The notes below the pieces were generated by a model. It saw only the letters and a program-made list of their open reading frames with translations, made no database searches and was not told where the DNA came from. Positions 24,423 to 36,819 of a DNA stretch of 64,000 bases are shown here, in pieces. Every line of letters begins with the position of its first letter. Position 1 is the first letter of the stretch. This DNA comes from Entomortierella parvispora E1425. Lineage: Eukaryota; Fungi; Mortierellomycota. The translations under genes were made by a program, and so were the position numbers. The DNA lies in the NCBI GenBank assembly GCA_020891255.1, contig BQFW01000008.1, forward strand, positions 2,294,001 through 2,358,000. The letters run 5' to 3'.

Positions 24423-27400
24423 CTATTTTCCACCTCGTGTCCACCACAAGTAACCACCTACAGCCGCAACAGCCGTCAAAGTCGCCATGACGATGGAGGC
24501 TGTCGAGGATGAAGAGGAAGAGGGGGACTGTCTCTTCCTGTGTCGTCCATTGCTCTTGCCCTTGGCACATTCCTGTTGCTGAAGACGATCCGGAGAAAGC
24601 GGCTGAACGGGTTGACCCCATTGCTGTCGTCTTTCACGCCACCATAGATACTGCTGTTCTTTAGACGGAATGGCCCACTCTTTCTTCTCTTCTTTCTTCT
24701 CTTCTGCCTTCCCCTCCTCGCTCTCGCTCTCATCTTTGGTCGTGGCGGCCGTGGTACTGGTCGTCAAAAAGTCCCTTTCAAAGATGACCTCGACCAATAA
24801 CCACTTATGATCACTGGCACTGTAATCGTGGTTTCCCATGGCGCGGCTCTCGCATCGCAAGTTCTTCAACAGGGTATAATCCAATTTCGCGGAGAGCAGC
24901 CCTAAAAAGGCCGGGTTGTGGAGCGTCAGATCCTTGCCAGAATCCCATGGGTCATAGAATCCAGGGTTACGCGCTTGATGCAATACAAGCGGTGTAAATC
25001 CTGACCACAGTCGGCGACTGGCAAAGAATTCAAGAGAGGCCGCTTCCTCTTTCTGTAGTTGCGTCCCTGCGTCCGCCACAGATTGGAAATGAGACAAGAG
25101 GAATGGTGGCTGAGGTTCCTGGAAAGTGTCATGATGCACGTCGAGTGGCCTCCTGGGTGAGATGGTCACTGTATCAGCTGTTGGCATTATCATAAGGTCA
25201 TGGTCATGAAGGTCGTTATGGTGGTCATTGAAAGTTCGTAATGTCGTACCGTCGTTATTATGTGTATGTTGGTGCACCGTGTGGTGATCATAAGGGTTTT
25301 GTTGATGGGTATAAATTCTCTGCTTCTGCTGCTCTCGGACCAAAGCGCTGTCGTCCTCATCTTCAAGGGCCCACTGTCTCTGCTTCTCTGCGAGGGATCG
25401 ATCATTCTCATCATCGTCATACTGCAAAACGATCCCGCGCCTATCTTCCTCTTGGTCATCCTCGCTCTCCTCTTCTTCTTCAATGCCTTCCTCGATGCCA
25501 TCTCCAATGAAATCGGTCTTTTCTCCAAGGATTCTGGACCGTCTGCGCTTGGGTGTCGGAGGAATCAGTCTCAGCGTCGGGGAAGGGGTCGAGGGTGTAG
25601 AAGGGAACGAGGATATACCTCTCGACGAGATTTCTCGGAGATTGCGTCTGTGAGCGTCGCCGTCCTCGCCGCTGGCAACACGAATCCGATGATGCTCATT
25701 CGGCCTGAGATGGCGATCAGCGTTATCTCCTGAATGCTCGGCATGATTTCTTCCTTCCGCCGGTAACTCTTCGCCATCCTCGCCATCACTCTCATTGCCA
25801 GAATGCTCATACTGCATAAACGATGAAGTCGAGGGCAAAGACCAGGTAGGAGATGAGGTCGAGGTCGAGTTCACAGATCGAATGTAGCTGTAGTCACCTC
25901 GGTCCAACAGACTGGAATCCAATGTGATAACACTCGGTGACCGAGAACGGTCCACAAGGATCATGCTTCCATCCACCATCTCCTGGAAACTATTCTCGCT
26001 CAAGGTGGACGCGCGACCACCCGAGGATGATCCCGTGGTAGCCACAACAGACGCCTCTTGGTCCTTTTCCTCGCGCTGTGTTAAAGACGACTCCAATGCT
26101 GAAAGTGAGCTTTTGTTCAATCGGCCAATAGGGTGGTAGTGGTGTTGATTCTCCAGATTCACAAAGACGTCGCCTGCGATCTGCTCCTGGCGCGCTTTCT
26201 TCACTTTGTCTAGCCCAGCTTCCACCAGCTTCTTTAGCCAGGTCGAATACCTGGTGTCCGCTGCCCAAAAGGCAGAATCTGTCGAAGAGTGCTTTCCAGT
26301 TCCGAGTCCTAAAACACCGATCCGTCGAAGCCAGCTCCAGCCTCCTGTAGCCAGTGCAATATTAAACTCTCCGTCCTGAACATGCCAGCTCCATAGGTTC
26401 TGGTCCCACCATTCGGCCTCATGGGAGCCCACGGACATGACCCTGTACTGGTCAGTGGAAATGGCTTTGGCCAGGCGAGCAATTGAATGAGAAATCGTAT
26501 TCAAATCTCCAAAGATGATCTGGTACGGGTATTTTTCCGAGTAAAGCTCTGCGTCTGCAAGAATGTCACTTAAGGCTGAGATTCTTCCAACAATGCCTGT
26601 GAACACCTCAAGATGAGCGCAATAGCAGAGCAAAGGTCCTGAAGGCGTTTGAATATCAGCCACTATTGTAAAGCGTCTGAGCGATAGGCAATGTTTGTAA
26701 GGAAGCCATAAATTACAAAGAGAGCTTCAGAAGGAGCACGTCTTGGCAAGGAAACATTTGTCAAAGAGAGGTTTCTTCTTTTCCCTCCCGCTTTTTCTCT
26801 TACCTTCCTAACCTCGGTTCGTTCAGTTTGTGGCCATCCCTCTCCCATTCATACGCATGATGGACATGATCCAGGACTCTGAATCCGTTAATGGGCCACC
26901 TCGACAGGATTGCGTTACCATGGACACCTCCGCCCTGATCTCGATCTTTTCTTGCTGGATCCTCCAGTTCCCAAAATTCGGGTACAAATCCACCGTAGAG
27001 ACCCTGGGAAGCACAAATCTCAAGGAAGTGATCGCGATCGTGACCAGATCGTCGACAGCCGATATCGATCTCTTGGATGCATAGAATATCTGCATTCAGC
27101 TCCGTCAAGGTAGTCAGGATCTCGTCTGGCTTGTAATTGCGCTCAATATTCCACTGAAGACAGCGAATTCGTTGTTCTCCAATAGTGGGCGCACTGGCAT
27201 GGTTTTCTAAAACGAGAAAAATGAGCAAAGGAGAGAGAAGAACAGAGGATATCAGAATGATCAGTCGGACGCGTCTTTTGCGCCTGTGAGCGAGGTGCCA
27301 GGAGGTTGAGCGCGCGAGAGAGGGATGGAAGAGCCCTCTTGGACATCTCAGGAGAAAGATGTTTGGACACAACAGAGCTCCTGACTATGTGTTGCCTGTG

Positions 27401-27744
27401 CTGGAAAATGGTTCTGAAGAGGAAGCAACTTGCATCCATCATGGAGGAGTAGGTAGGGGATTACCTGTTGAATCAGCAATTTGCCCCGAGGTGAACGTAG
27501 GCACCTGGCGTGCAGGCGTCGGCGTGGGTGGTGAAGATGAAGACGCTTCACCTGCACTCAGCAGCAAGGAACCATCGACATGGCCATCGTCGTCGACGAC
27601 CTCTGAGGCTGTTGCCGCTGCTGTGGTGGCTGTTGCCATACTTTCTTGTGCACCCGAGGCTCCCCAGGTAGGGGGTGGGCGACAATCGTAGATCAAGAGC
27701 TCGCCAGGCCGAGGACTAGGAACTGTTCGGCTCTTCGGCTGCAT
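24423..27744 (-). CDS. Endonuclease/exonuclease/phosphatase (EEP) family protein with a large insertion and C-terminal hydrophobic anchor
   Basis: QWNIER, LCIQEID, GVHGNAILSR, YCAHLE, IFGDLNT, KLDY, ASDHKWL motifs. The C-terminus is IVMATLTAVAAVGGYLWW. Confidence 0.8.
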
Positions 27745-28319
27745 GTTGCGTTCGTAGTATGTGATACTTCAGAGAACAGATATGCCTGTTGTGCAATAAT
27801 GGAAGACGACTGAAGGGAAAGGAACAAAGAGAAAAGAACCCAGGAAGAATAAAAGTCTGTGTCCAGAATGGACCCTGAGCGCGAACGAATGAATGTGGAA
27901 ATGCGACTAGTCGGAGGATGTGGGAGAGAAGAAAGATGGATGGACAGAGGGATGAATGTGGTTGGGGCAGAGGGATGCAGATAGAGAGGAAGGAAAGCGA
28001 CAAAGAGAGGAAGAAAAAGACCTCCCGCCCAAGGCACAAAGAACAAAGGACAAAAGAGGACAGAAACGGAAGGAAGGAGAAAAAAAAAAGTGACTTTCTC
28101 TTGCTCTTTTTCCCCTCTTGGGAGAACGCACGATCCATCCGAGCCGGGCAGACAGTCCGTCCGTCTCGCGTGCAGGAAAGGGGCGCGGCGGGATCGACAG
28201 ATCTGTCCTTTCCTTCCTGACTCCCCTGTCTCCCTTCATTCTTGTTCTCATGTGTGTTTGTTTGTTTATTAGTTTATGTAAGAGTTGTTTTTCTATTTCA
28301 GCAGGTTTCACGCTCGTCT

Positions 28320-29533
28320 TCAATCGCGCGCAAGGAACATGGGATCGGCCTTGGCCTTCCTGACAACATTTTGATACCAGTCATTGAATGCCTTCACGGG
28401 CAGGTAGCTCGACTCGGGCCCGTTGTTGCTTGAGAGTATAGTGGCTGCCGATCCTGGCCCTGCCATAGGGACAAGCACACTCGATCCCTGTGGCAACACT
28501 GCTGTAGCAAATGAGGTGACATGGTTGTAAAGATGGTTCATCACCTTCTGCGCCACTGCTGCCACAGAATCGGGCGACGCAGACGAGGCCCCGCTGTTAG
28601 AATTGACTGGAACGAGGGCATTGCTCGGCTGACCAAAGGCAGAGCCGCTACCAAATATTGATGAGGTAGTGGAAGCGGAAGATGTTGAGGCTGGAGTCTT
28701 GTTGCTGATCTGGGTCATCACCACATCAATTGGCTCTATGGAGATACCAAGTGTGGCCATGATCGGGTTCGCAGAGGACGAAGTGGCCGAAGATGTGGAT
28801 GTAATGGAGGAAGAAGACAGTGAGGGACCGTCCATGGCCATATCGTTGGTCTGGAGCTGTGATGAACGTTGCCCAGGAGCCATGGCACCAGCTTTTAGTC
28901 TAAAAATTGCACTGGCCTTTTCGTTGGACAGCCTGACAAAAGAGATTCCTTGGTTAGATCCGCACGTGGCTAGATGCTTTCAGCTGTCTTCGTCTTGCAC
29001 GCCCGGGACTTACATTCCAAGCAATTGCCAGTCTTTGTTGGGCCAGAGAAGATGCACGGTTGCCGCGAAACCAGGTTGGAAAGGGATGGTGCCAAGCAAG
29101 AAGACGACAATGTGGTTAATAGCCTCGGCATCCTCGAGTTGGAACGTGAACTTGTTCACGTCGACTTGCTGAAGATTGGTTTGAACCTATTAGGAGAGAG
29201 TGAAGACGGGGATATGTCAGTCATCAGAACAACGGCCAGTTTGCCTAATTTGCTGAACTGGGAAGGCACTGTCGACAGATGCACAGACTCGAAAGACTTG
29301 CAAAAACACAACGGACAAACTGCATCTGCCTGTCTCCTTGATCGCCACACAATATCGTGCGCTCTGCGAGCTCGTCTTTGTCCGGGTTTACCACGATCCT
29401 TAAAAAGATGGACAGTGCTCTCTCCCATGCTCCCTTCCTTCCAGAATATGGGATTCGCCGCGACTTGACCGAGAATAAAAGAATAAAAAAAAAGTTCACG
29501 CACCAATCGACCTGCGACAATGCAGCCAAACAT
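28320..29533 (-). CDS. OPI10: OPI10/Hikeshi family protein, multi-exon
   Basis: First exon MFGCIVAGRL. Last exon has VAQKVMNHLYNHVTSF..YLPVKAFNDWYQNVVRK..DPMFL. Confidence 0.85.
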
Positions 29534-29787
29534 GGAAACGATGTTTCTCTTTTTTTCGAGAACGGAGAGAATGACGGAGCGATTAGGCGAAAGAGCACGC
29601 GCTGGGATTAGGTGTTGGCCCGTAAAAGTAAGAGCGGAGGAGACGTTATGAGAGATGGAGGGATCAACAAGAGATAAGACAAGTGCAACCAAAAAAAAAG
29701 AGAGAAAAAGAAAAACATGCTGGGAGCATCTGGCACATTCCACCATTGCTCGTGTGGTGCGCGCCAAAGGAAAAGAAAAAAGAAGGA

Positions 29788-29859
29788 AGCAGAAAACCGG
29801 GTTTGAACCGGTGACCTGCCGATCTGCAGTCGGCTGCTCTACCACTGAGCTATTCCTGC
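29788..29859 (-). tRNA. tRNA-Cys(GCA), copy 1
   Basis: GCAGGAATAGCTCAGTGGTAGAGCAGCCGACTGCAGATCGGCAGGTCACCGGTTCAAACCCGGTTTTCTGCT folds as a full cloverleaf with anticodon GCA, discriminator U73 and a downstream T-run. Confidence 0.95.
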
Positions 29860-29920
29860 TGTGTTCCTTCATATCAAATTTTATTTTTAGATGTCTATGA
29901 TTCTATTGCATCTCCTTGGA

Positions 29921-29951
29921 TCACGTGATATTGACGGCGTGGTCACGTGTG
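29921..29951. promoter_or_regulatory. Pair of CACGTG E-boxes (TCACGTGA; GTCACGTG)
   Basis: Direct motif match between tRNA-Cys copy 1 and the divergent F-box gene. Function is inferred. Confidence 0.4.
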
Positions 29952-30231
29952 TCTTTGGTGGCCCACCAAAAAACCCCCTCTCCTCTTTTCCACTCACCTT
30001 GCTCCCATCCTATTATCAATGCAGACCCTTTGTTTCTGCACTTCTACAATCATACAAATAGACTTCCCAATGCTATCAAAATGTGCTACATTACGCGACT
30101 GGACCGGCTTTTTTTGGTGATTGGCGCTCAGCTCAAGTGTTTCGGTCTCACAGAAGGAATAATTAAAGCCGCCGGTAAGGATAAAAAAAAGTTTACTCTT
30201 CACTCCACTCCTACACCCCAGCTAATGTACA

Positions 30232-32025
30232 ATGACCTCAACTCTTGTGGAAACCTCACCTGCAATGCAGTCAACGCCTACTATGGAGCCGATGATGTCG
30301 CCTCGACACTTTGTCAGCCCGTCCTTCAAATCAGCCAGTCGATTGACAGTGGCAACAGCCTTCGATCAGGTCAATATGGCGAGCCTTGATAAACTCCCTA
30401 CCGAGATCGTGTACTGCATTCTCCAACGGCTGTCACCTCGACATATGATTCCCCTCACTCAAGTGTGCAAACGCCTCAGGATACTGGTACTGTGTCAACT
30501 CTCCACCGTCTTTGATATGCGGCTGCCAACACCAGAGCTGTCGGAAGATGCTGGCGACTCGAAATCTGAAGAAGAGACCACTGAGAAGGAATTACCCACA
30601 CTCTTTGACAAAGACAATAAGGGAGAAACAGGCCAGGATGGAGATTCTTCAATGAAAAGAACGTTTAAGCGGCACACTCGACGAATACTGCGATCGAAGT
30701 CTGGCCAAAACGATAGCAGAAAAAAGAATAGGAAGACCACGCCGACGACCATGTCCGACTTTGAACTCTATTCTCGGATGCTGCTAGCAGAGTTTTACGA
30801 GCAAGAGAATCCATTACCAGCGTTGACAGATGGCAAGGAGGTTGTGGGGCGTGTATTAGTTACTGCGAAAGCAATACTCCGGCGGCTCTATCTGAGCGAC
30901 AGTGTCAACGATGGATATTTGGAGGAAGTAGAGGCACTGACAAGATATAAACAAGAGTTTGGCGAGGAGGATCAGTCACTTGGGCAGCAAATGGACAACT
31001 GCGTCGATCGTGTTGATGCCTTGGGGTTCAGACACGCGGTACAATCGACCACCTCAACCCACTTAGAAACCACGATGACAGCGACTACACCGCCTCCACC
31101 TACACCGCTTCTAAACCCCTACGTGATCTCGAAGATCAACATGCATGTCATTGCGAGGGTGATAGCAGATCAGGTCTGTAGAGGCATCTGTCTGCCTGAA
31201 ACTGCAGTCTTAATTCTTCAGTGCCTCACCAGTCTGCGAGACCAGGATCATTTCCACTACCTCGTCAATATCCCCGAGAGGAACGCGTCATTGCGTGTGC
31301 CAGTTCACGAGGATCGTATCTCCATGGGGCAACTCTGCTTTCAATACCTAGTGCCCAACATTATGACACTTCTCAGACCGCCTTCATCGCAACAGACCCC
31401 TGCTTCGAATCTTGAAAGCTATGCCTCTGCAACCACAGATCCCACGCGTCCTAATGAACGAGTCAGGCCTGGGATTGAATCATTGAGCCAAAGTCAAGCG
31501 TCAAATTTAACAGTGGAACTGCTTCTGCCGAATTCCTCTCCGAAGTACAATCGGCCTCAGGTGGATCATACAAAGACATTGACGGCCCAAGTTCTACTGG
31601 AACAACAAGAATTGATGCAGTCTTTTCCGTCAATATCATGCCGAGCATCTCCAGTGGTTCATCAAAGCCGAGTGCTTTGTTTCTTGCCATTGCTGGGCCG
31701 CCATTTCAACACACTTCCGACAAGCACATTTATCGAGACCTTTTTGGATCGATCCAAGGGTGACCTTCCAATTGATCGCGCTGCGGTGATGGTGTATGGG
31801 TTCATGTGTGTACTTGATCTTGAAACAGGCAAGGCCAACCTGGCTTCGGACAGCTATCGAATCTTTGAGCGGTCCATGCCTACGCAGGGACGCGTGCAGG
31901 CAGAAGAGATGGTCCGTATCGTGGAGAGACATCGGCTGCTGATGCGAGGCTTTCTCATGTCGAGTCCGACCTTTTCCTCTTCGCGTGTCTTCCGGCAAAA
32001 TCTGTCCTCGCAGGGGGTCCTCTAA
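30232..32025 (+). CDS. F-box domain protein
   Basis: LDKLPTEIVYCILQRLSPRHMIPLTQVCKRLR is an F-box. 597-aa open frame; the real start may be ATG 30376. Confidence 0.75.
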   Translation: MTSTLVETSPAMQSTPTMEPMMSPRHFVSPSFKSASRLTVATAFDQVNMASLDKLPTEIVYCILQRLSPRHMIPLTQVCKRLRILVLCQLSTVFDMRLPTPELSEDAGDSKSEEETTEKELPTLFDKDNKGETGQDGDSSMKRTFKRHTRRILRSKSGQNDSRKKNRKTTPTTMSDFELYSRMLLAEFYEQENPLPALTDGKEVVGRVLVTAKAILRRLYLSDSVNDGYLEEVEALTRYKQEFGEEDQSLGQQMDNCVDRVDALGFRHAVQSTTSTHLETTMTATTPPPPTPLLNPYVISKINMHVIARVIADQVCRGICLPETAVLILQCLTSLRDQDHFHYLVNIPERNASLRVPVHEDRISMGQLCFQYLVPNIMTLLRPPSSQQTPASNLESYASATTDPTRPNERVRPGIESLSQSQASNLTVELLLPNSSPKYNRPQVDHTKTLTAQVLLEQQELMQSFPSISCRASPVVHQSRVLCFLPLLGRHFNTLPTSTFIETFLDRSKGDLPIDRAAVMVYGFMCVLDLETGKANLASDSYRIFERSMPTQGRVQAEEMVRIVERHRLLMRGFLMSSPTFSSSRVFRQNLSSQGVL

Positions 32026-32249
32026 AGAAGACAACACATTAAAAACAAAAAAAAAAAATCTCTCTTATTTGGTTTCACATTGCGTTGTGGATCCATCTGG
32101 CAACCCGTGCCATTTTTTTTATTTTGCGTTTTTCTTGTCTCCTCATCTCTTTCCAAACCCTTCCCTCATCCGTCGTCCTTGTTCATTTCCATCTTCGTAA
32201 CAAGCACCTGCCGAGCAAATTAAAACATACTTCAGGCTTTCTATCCACC

Positions 32250-32929
32250 ATGAGTCAAAAAGGCTTTGAGACCCAACCCGACCAGAACCAGGAGGGCATG
32301 TCTCTAGCTCCACCTCCATCCTACGCTACCACCACACAAGCATCCGGTGGTGCAAAATATGAGCCACCATCAGGAGCACCGCCTACAACAGAATCTTACT
32401 ACCAGGCTCAGCCCACGCAACAACAATACGCTCCTCCAGCTGGAGCCTACATCCCTCCCAGCGGAGCATATGCACCTCCTGCAGGTGAGTTAGATATGTT
32501 CTCACGCCACCACACCCAGTTCAAAAACTAATCAGAATCTTATCCGTTGCGTTTATTGTAGGTCAACCCCACACTGTCGTCTATGTGGTCGATGGTGCTG
32601 CGAATAGCAGTGGCAGTGGAGGAATTGTGGGCGGAAGTGGGGCCGCAAATAACCCCCACGAAAGCGGTATCCCCACGGCTATGATCTGCTTTATTTTTGG
32701 GTGAGTAACTTGATGTTGATCTGCCGAACGAATATGATCTGATTGTTGATCCTCTTCGTGTCTCTCTCGTCATAGTCTGTGTACATGGGTTGGATATCTT
32801 TTTGGAATGTGCTTTCTCAGGTCCTCGGATCCAAGGGAGAGATATTGGGCTCGCGCATGCTTCATTATGTGCATTATCTGGAGCTTGATCATCATTTTTG
32901 CTTCCATTTTCGGTCGCCACGGCCACTAG
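32250..32929 (+). CDS. Small Pro/Gln/Tyr-rich membrane protein, 3 exons
   Basis: PPPSY and YAPPA repeats, then spliced hydrophobic Cys-containing segments (AMICFIF|GLCTWVGYLFGMCFL..ACFIMCIIWSLIIIF). Confidence 0.65.
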
Positions 32930-34771
32930 AAAACTACACCGAGAGAAAGCGTGTGCTGTCTGTAAAGAAAAATGTTTGAATATTATTAAAAAGCCCGTAC
33001 AAAGAGTTCGCCCATGTTGCCTAACGTACTCTGCGGTATCGAAAAACCGCGGCCGATACTGAACAGCCAGCTCAGTGAAGAATAGCATGTGAGAAAAAAG
33101 TTGTAAGCCGATCCGACAATGGTCTTTTTTGGCCATACCAGGTCGTGCCAGAAAATTATTCCTCCTTGGTCTTGATAGGATTTTGACCACACAACGATGC
33201 TAAAGACACGGAGGTCACCTCACTTCACCTCATCCTGCAAAAGACGCCAGGGACTTGTGGGTAGAAAACTGTGTTGTTATCTTTTGCTGGTCCATCCCGT
33301 CTTGTCTGACCTCTTTTTGAAGACCCTCTCTCTCTCGGTGTCGTAGTGGGATAAGAGGGAAAAGGAAGTGTGGGGAAAAGGATCGTCTCGGCTTCATTGA
33401 TCACCAGGCTGTCGATCGAAGGAATGTGCTGGGGTTCGCGTGGTCTCCCTCTCTTTCTCAATTCCCAGTTCTGCAACCATAGACATAACCCCCTCACCTT
33501 GTTATTCCCTTTTTCTCTCCCTCCCTCTTTTTCTTTTTCTCTTTCTTATTGCCACTTTCGTTACTCTTGCCCCATTGCCACTTTGCTGCTTTTGCCATAA
33601 TCCTGAAACCATATCTAAACACCTGTATTCCAAACGCCTTGGCGACATTGCGCCTGTTTATTTGATCTATCCTTCAGCCATGACTACCACGCAGATCCAG
33701 GTCCAACTCTACGTTGGATCACGACCGGTATGACCAAGCAACCTAGAGCTTTCGAAAGTTGTCTCCGTTATCTATTACGTTTGTTATCCTGCAGACGCGA
33801 CTCTCCGTCATAGGATAAATTTCAGATTTTGCAGCCAATCGGTCCTTTTCCCAAGGGTCAAGTTCGGTCTCCTCTTGAAAAAAAAAATGGCACAGCTCAT
33901 CAATGTCTTCATCTCCAAAGTGGTCTGAGCGAGCAACAGATGCAAAGAAAAAAAAAAAAAAAAAACATGAATAGGGGAGGGGGGTCGTGATCTCTTTTCT
34001 CTTTCAACCACCACCTACTTTCCCGCCATTTTTGTCTCCCTTCAATCCCCCCCCCCCCCCCATCTTCTTGTGCAACCTTGCAATTAACGCTAAAACGTCT
34101 CTTTACGCTACTTCTAGCTCGTGAGCTGCCACTTTTTTGTTCCCATTCCCGAGATCGTTGTGAAGTCGCATCAACAGCTCGAGTCATATCTTCCCTATCT
34201 GCCTCTGCCGCTTGCCATCACCTCTGCTCTAACGAATTTTCCAGATCCGGAGCTACCATCGCCTTTGTCTTCACCGTCGTTCGAATCAGAACCGCCTCTA
34301 GAAAGCCTCGACAGCGTCCTTACTCTCAGTGCAGTGGATCAGGCAAATAGCAACAGCCTGAGTACAACAGACAAGCCAGACTTTGACGCTCACCACTACA
34401 GCAACTTTTACAACAAACCAACAAGAAAAGAACGAGTCGAAGGCCTCGGCTATTACTACCCAACCGCACCTACTGCTCCTCTTCATCCAGACCGAGCAGT
34501 CCTTTATATTCAAGAACAACAGCAGCTCCAGCAACAACTTCAACAACGTGAACGACCAGAAGACCTGGACCAAGACCCCACTTCTTATTCTTCCTATTGT
34601 CAAGACCTTTCAAAATTCGATCCATCCTCACCTCATAACCCTTCCTCGACAGCCTGTATCCGGATCTCACTTAAACCAAAAATTGCCCTTCGATTCCTTG
34701 ACCTTGGATTCTCGCTCAAGACCCACAGCAATAACAATAGTAACAGCGACCTCCCCAATTCACACAGCACC

Positions 34772-35755
34772 ATGCCACGCCTTTCACTCATTCGATTCAC
34801 TTTTCCCTTCCCCCCATATGATCAACCCTTCCCCTCTTCGGTCCAAGTCACTGGAAATTTCGAGGATTGGACCAGAAGCCACAAGGCTGGCTTCTTGCAC
34901 AGGAACGAGCAAGAAGGTCGGTTCGAGACTGAGTTCGAGATTGACTTGGATCAATTAGAGGCTATTGAGGTCTGCAAGACCGAGGAGGAGCACCCTTTCC
35001 GGCAGCGCAAGATCCTTTTCAAGTATGTTCTCGATGGACACAACTGGGTCACAGACCCTGGCCAGGCCCTGGAAAGAGACCAGGCTGGCAACTTGAACAA
35101 CGTATGCTTTGTTGAGGATATCGCCCCCGTAGAGAAGTCGGAGCAGCAGCAGCAGACACAAGATCAGCCAGAGCAAACATTGACAGAGTCTGCGACGACA
35201 AAGACTTTGGTGGGTTCTCAGACCAATGCGTCCGAGAAGGCTGGAGATGCTCAGCCTTCTCAGGACGGTTCGACTGCTGCCTCCTCTGCTCCTGCTCTCC
35301 GTGACGATGAGCATGATGGTGACGGTGACTATGGCGTGGCCATTGTTCAGCACGAGGCTGTGACCATTTCGCGGAAGAGCAGCATTGAGAGGGCGAAGGG
35401 TGAAGCTCGTCCCACCATTGACGCCTCTGTCGCGGCGGCCTCTACTTCATCCTCGTCTCCATCAACCCCCATGCTGTCCTCCTCCTCGAATTCAATTGCC
35501 TCCAGCTCCTCGCTTGTACCCTCGACCCTCCATACTTCCGCAGCCGCTGCTGCACCTACCATCTCAGCCTCGAGTGTGAACGCCACAGGATCTACACCAA
35601 TCTCCCCTGTCAACAAGATGCACCTCCAATCGACAGCTCCTCCCACCACTGCGGTCTCAACTTCGACCCCTCAATTCCCCTCAAACATCTCGTTGGCGCA
35701 ATCCAACAAGCACAAATCTGGCTTTTGGAAAAAGATCAAGAAAGCCCTCGCTTAA
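34772..35755 (+). CDS. AMPK-beta-like glycogen-binding (CBM48) domain protein, CRP1/MDG1-like
   Basis: VQVTGNFEDW..FKYVLDGHNWVTDP..DQAGNLNN followed by a Ser/Thr-rich tail. Upstream exons, e.g. from ATG near 33680, are possible. Confidence 0.75.
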   Translation: MPRLSLIRFTFPFPPYDQPFPSSVQVTGNFEDWTRSHKAGFLHRNEQEGRFETEFEIDLDQLEAIEVCKTEEEHPFRQRKILFKYVLDGHNWVTDPGQALERDQAGNLNNVCFVEDIAPVEKSEQQQQTQDQPEQTLTESATTKTLVGSQTNASEKAGDAQPSQDGSTAASSAPALRDDEHDGDGDYGVAIVQHEAVTISRKSSIERAKGEARPTIDASVAAASTSSSSPSTPMLSSSSNSIASSSSLVPSTLHTSAAAAAPTISASSVNATGSTPISPVNKMHLQSTAPPTTAVSTSTPQFPSNISLAQSNKHKSGFWKKIKKALA

Positions 35756-36024
35756 AACAAAAAAATAGGTAGTGCCTTTTCTATCTCGCCCTCTTATATT
35801 CCGTCATGCCCCCACCTCTCTCATTGTTACTTTGTCTATCTAATCCGACGCAAACCTTAGTAATTACCCTTGTAGCAATAGTTTCTCATCTTTTTCAGTA
35901 AACCAAAAAAAAAAAATAAAAAAATCTACCAAAGTAGAACGATCAAAATAGCAGAGAAACGCGTACTGCACTGCACTTTTCGGATTGAAGAGGAAAAACA
36001 ATAAAAAATCGGGCCCTAAAAAGT

Positions 36025-36716
36025 CTAACCAGCGACCATGTCGTTTGTTAGTTTTCCACCGACCATGGGGGGACTTTCCTTTTTGGGCGTCTTATCCGTC
36101 GACCTTGACATCTCGTATCCGCCGACCATTAACCACCGACCCCTCTCTAATCCGCCGACCTTCTTGTCCCTCATCCGCCGACCACTCCGTTTCTTGACCA
36201 CCGACACTTCCGTAGCCGCCGACTTGTGAAATTTTGGGAGGGTTCAAACTTTCCAAAGGTTGCGAAGTAATTACTCTCTCCTGAACTTATGAAAAGTGGA
36301 TACTATGGATCTTATACCAATGTGTCTAGCAATATCTCCCTTGTAGCTTGGCCAGCTGGGTCCTTGAAACTTCTGTTGGTGACCGGCTGCTCGAAAGGAC
36401 AGCGGTTGGTGAGAAAGACACCGCCGGTCTATAAGTCACCGATCTAGATTTTTTTTTTTCGTTGACATGAACAAAGTACTTATGTTAGGTCGAGGACTAA
36501 GCGAGGGGTCATCCGCAGATAAAGATGAAGACAAGTCGGCGGATACGGCAATGGTTAGGTCGGTGGATTAGAGAGCAGTCGGTGGATGAGAGACAGTAAG
36601 GTCGGTGGTTTAGAGAGGGGTCGGTTTTTGATGTCAAGGTCGACGGATAGGACGCCCAAAAAGAAAAGTCCCCCATGGTCGGCGGATAACTAACCAACGA
36701 CTGAGTCGTTGGTTAG
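36025..36716. mobile_element. Non-autonomous foldback/MITE-like element with imperfect inverted arms of about 170-200 bp
   Basis: 36025-36200 is an imperfect reverse complement of 36530-36716. The arms carry repeated CC(A/G)CCGAC motifs and terminal hairpins. No TSD identified. Confidence 0.55.
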
Positions 36717-36740
36717 ATTCTTCGGAAAAACAAAACAAAA

Positions 36741-36812
36741 AGCAGAATTCCGGGTTTGAACCGGAGACCTGCCGATCTGCAGTCGGCTGCTCTACCGCTG
36801 AGCTAATCCTGC
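36741..36812 (-). tRNA. tRNA-Cys(GCA), copy 2
   Basis: GCAGGATTAGCTCAGCGGTAGAGCAGCCGACTGCAGATCGGCAGGTCTCCGGTTCAAACCCGGAATTCTGCT folds as a cloverleaf with anticodon GCA, U73 and a downstream T-run. Confidence 0.95.
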
Positions 36813-36819
36813 TTGTTGA

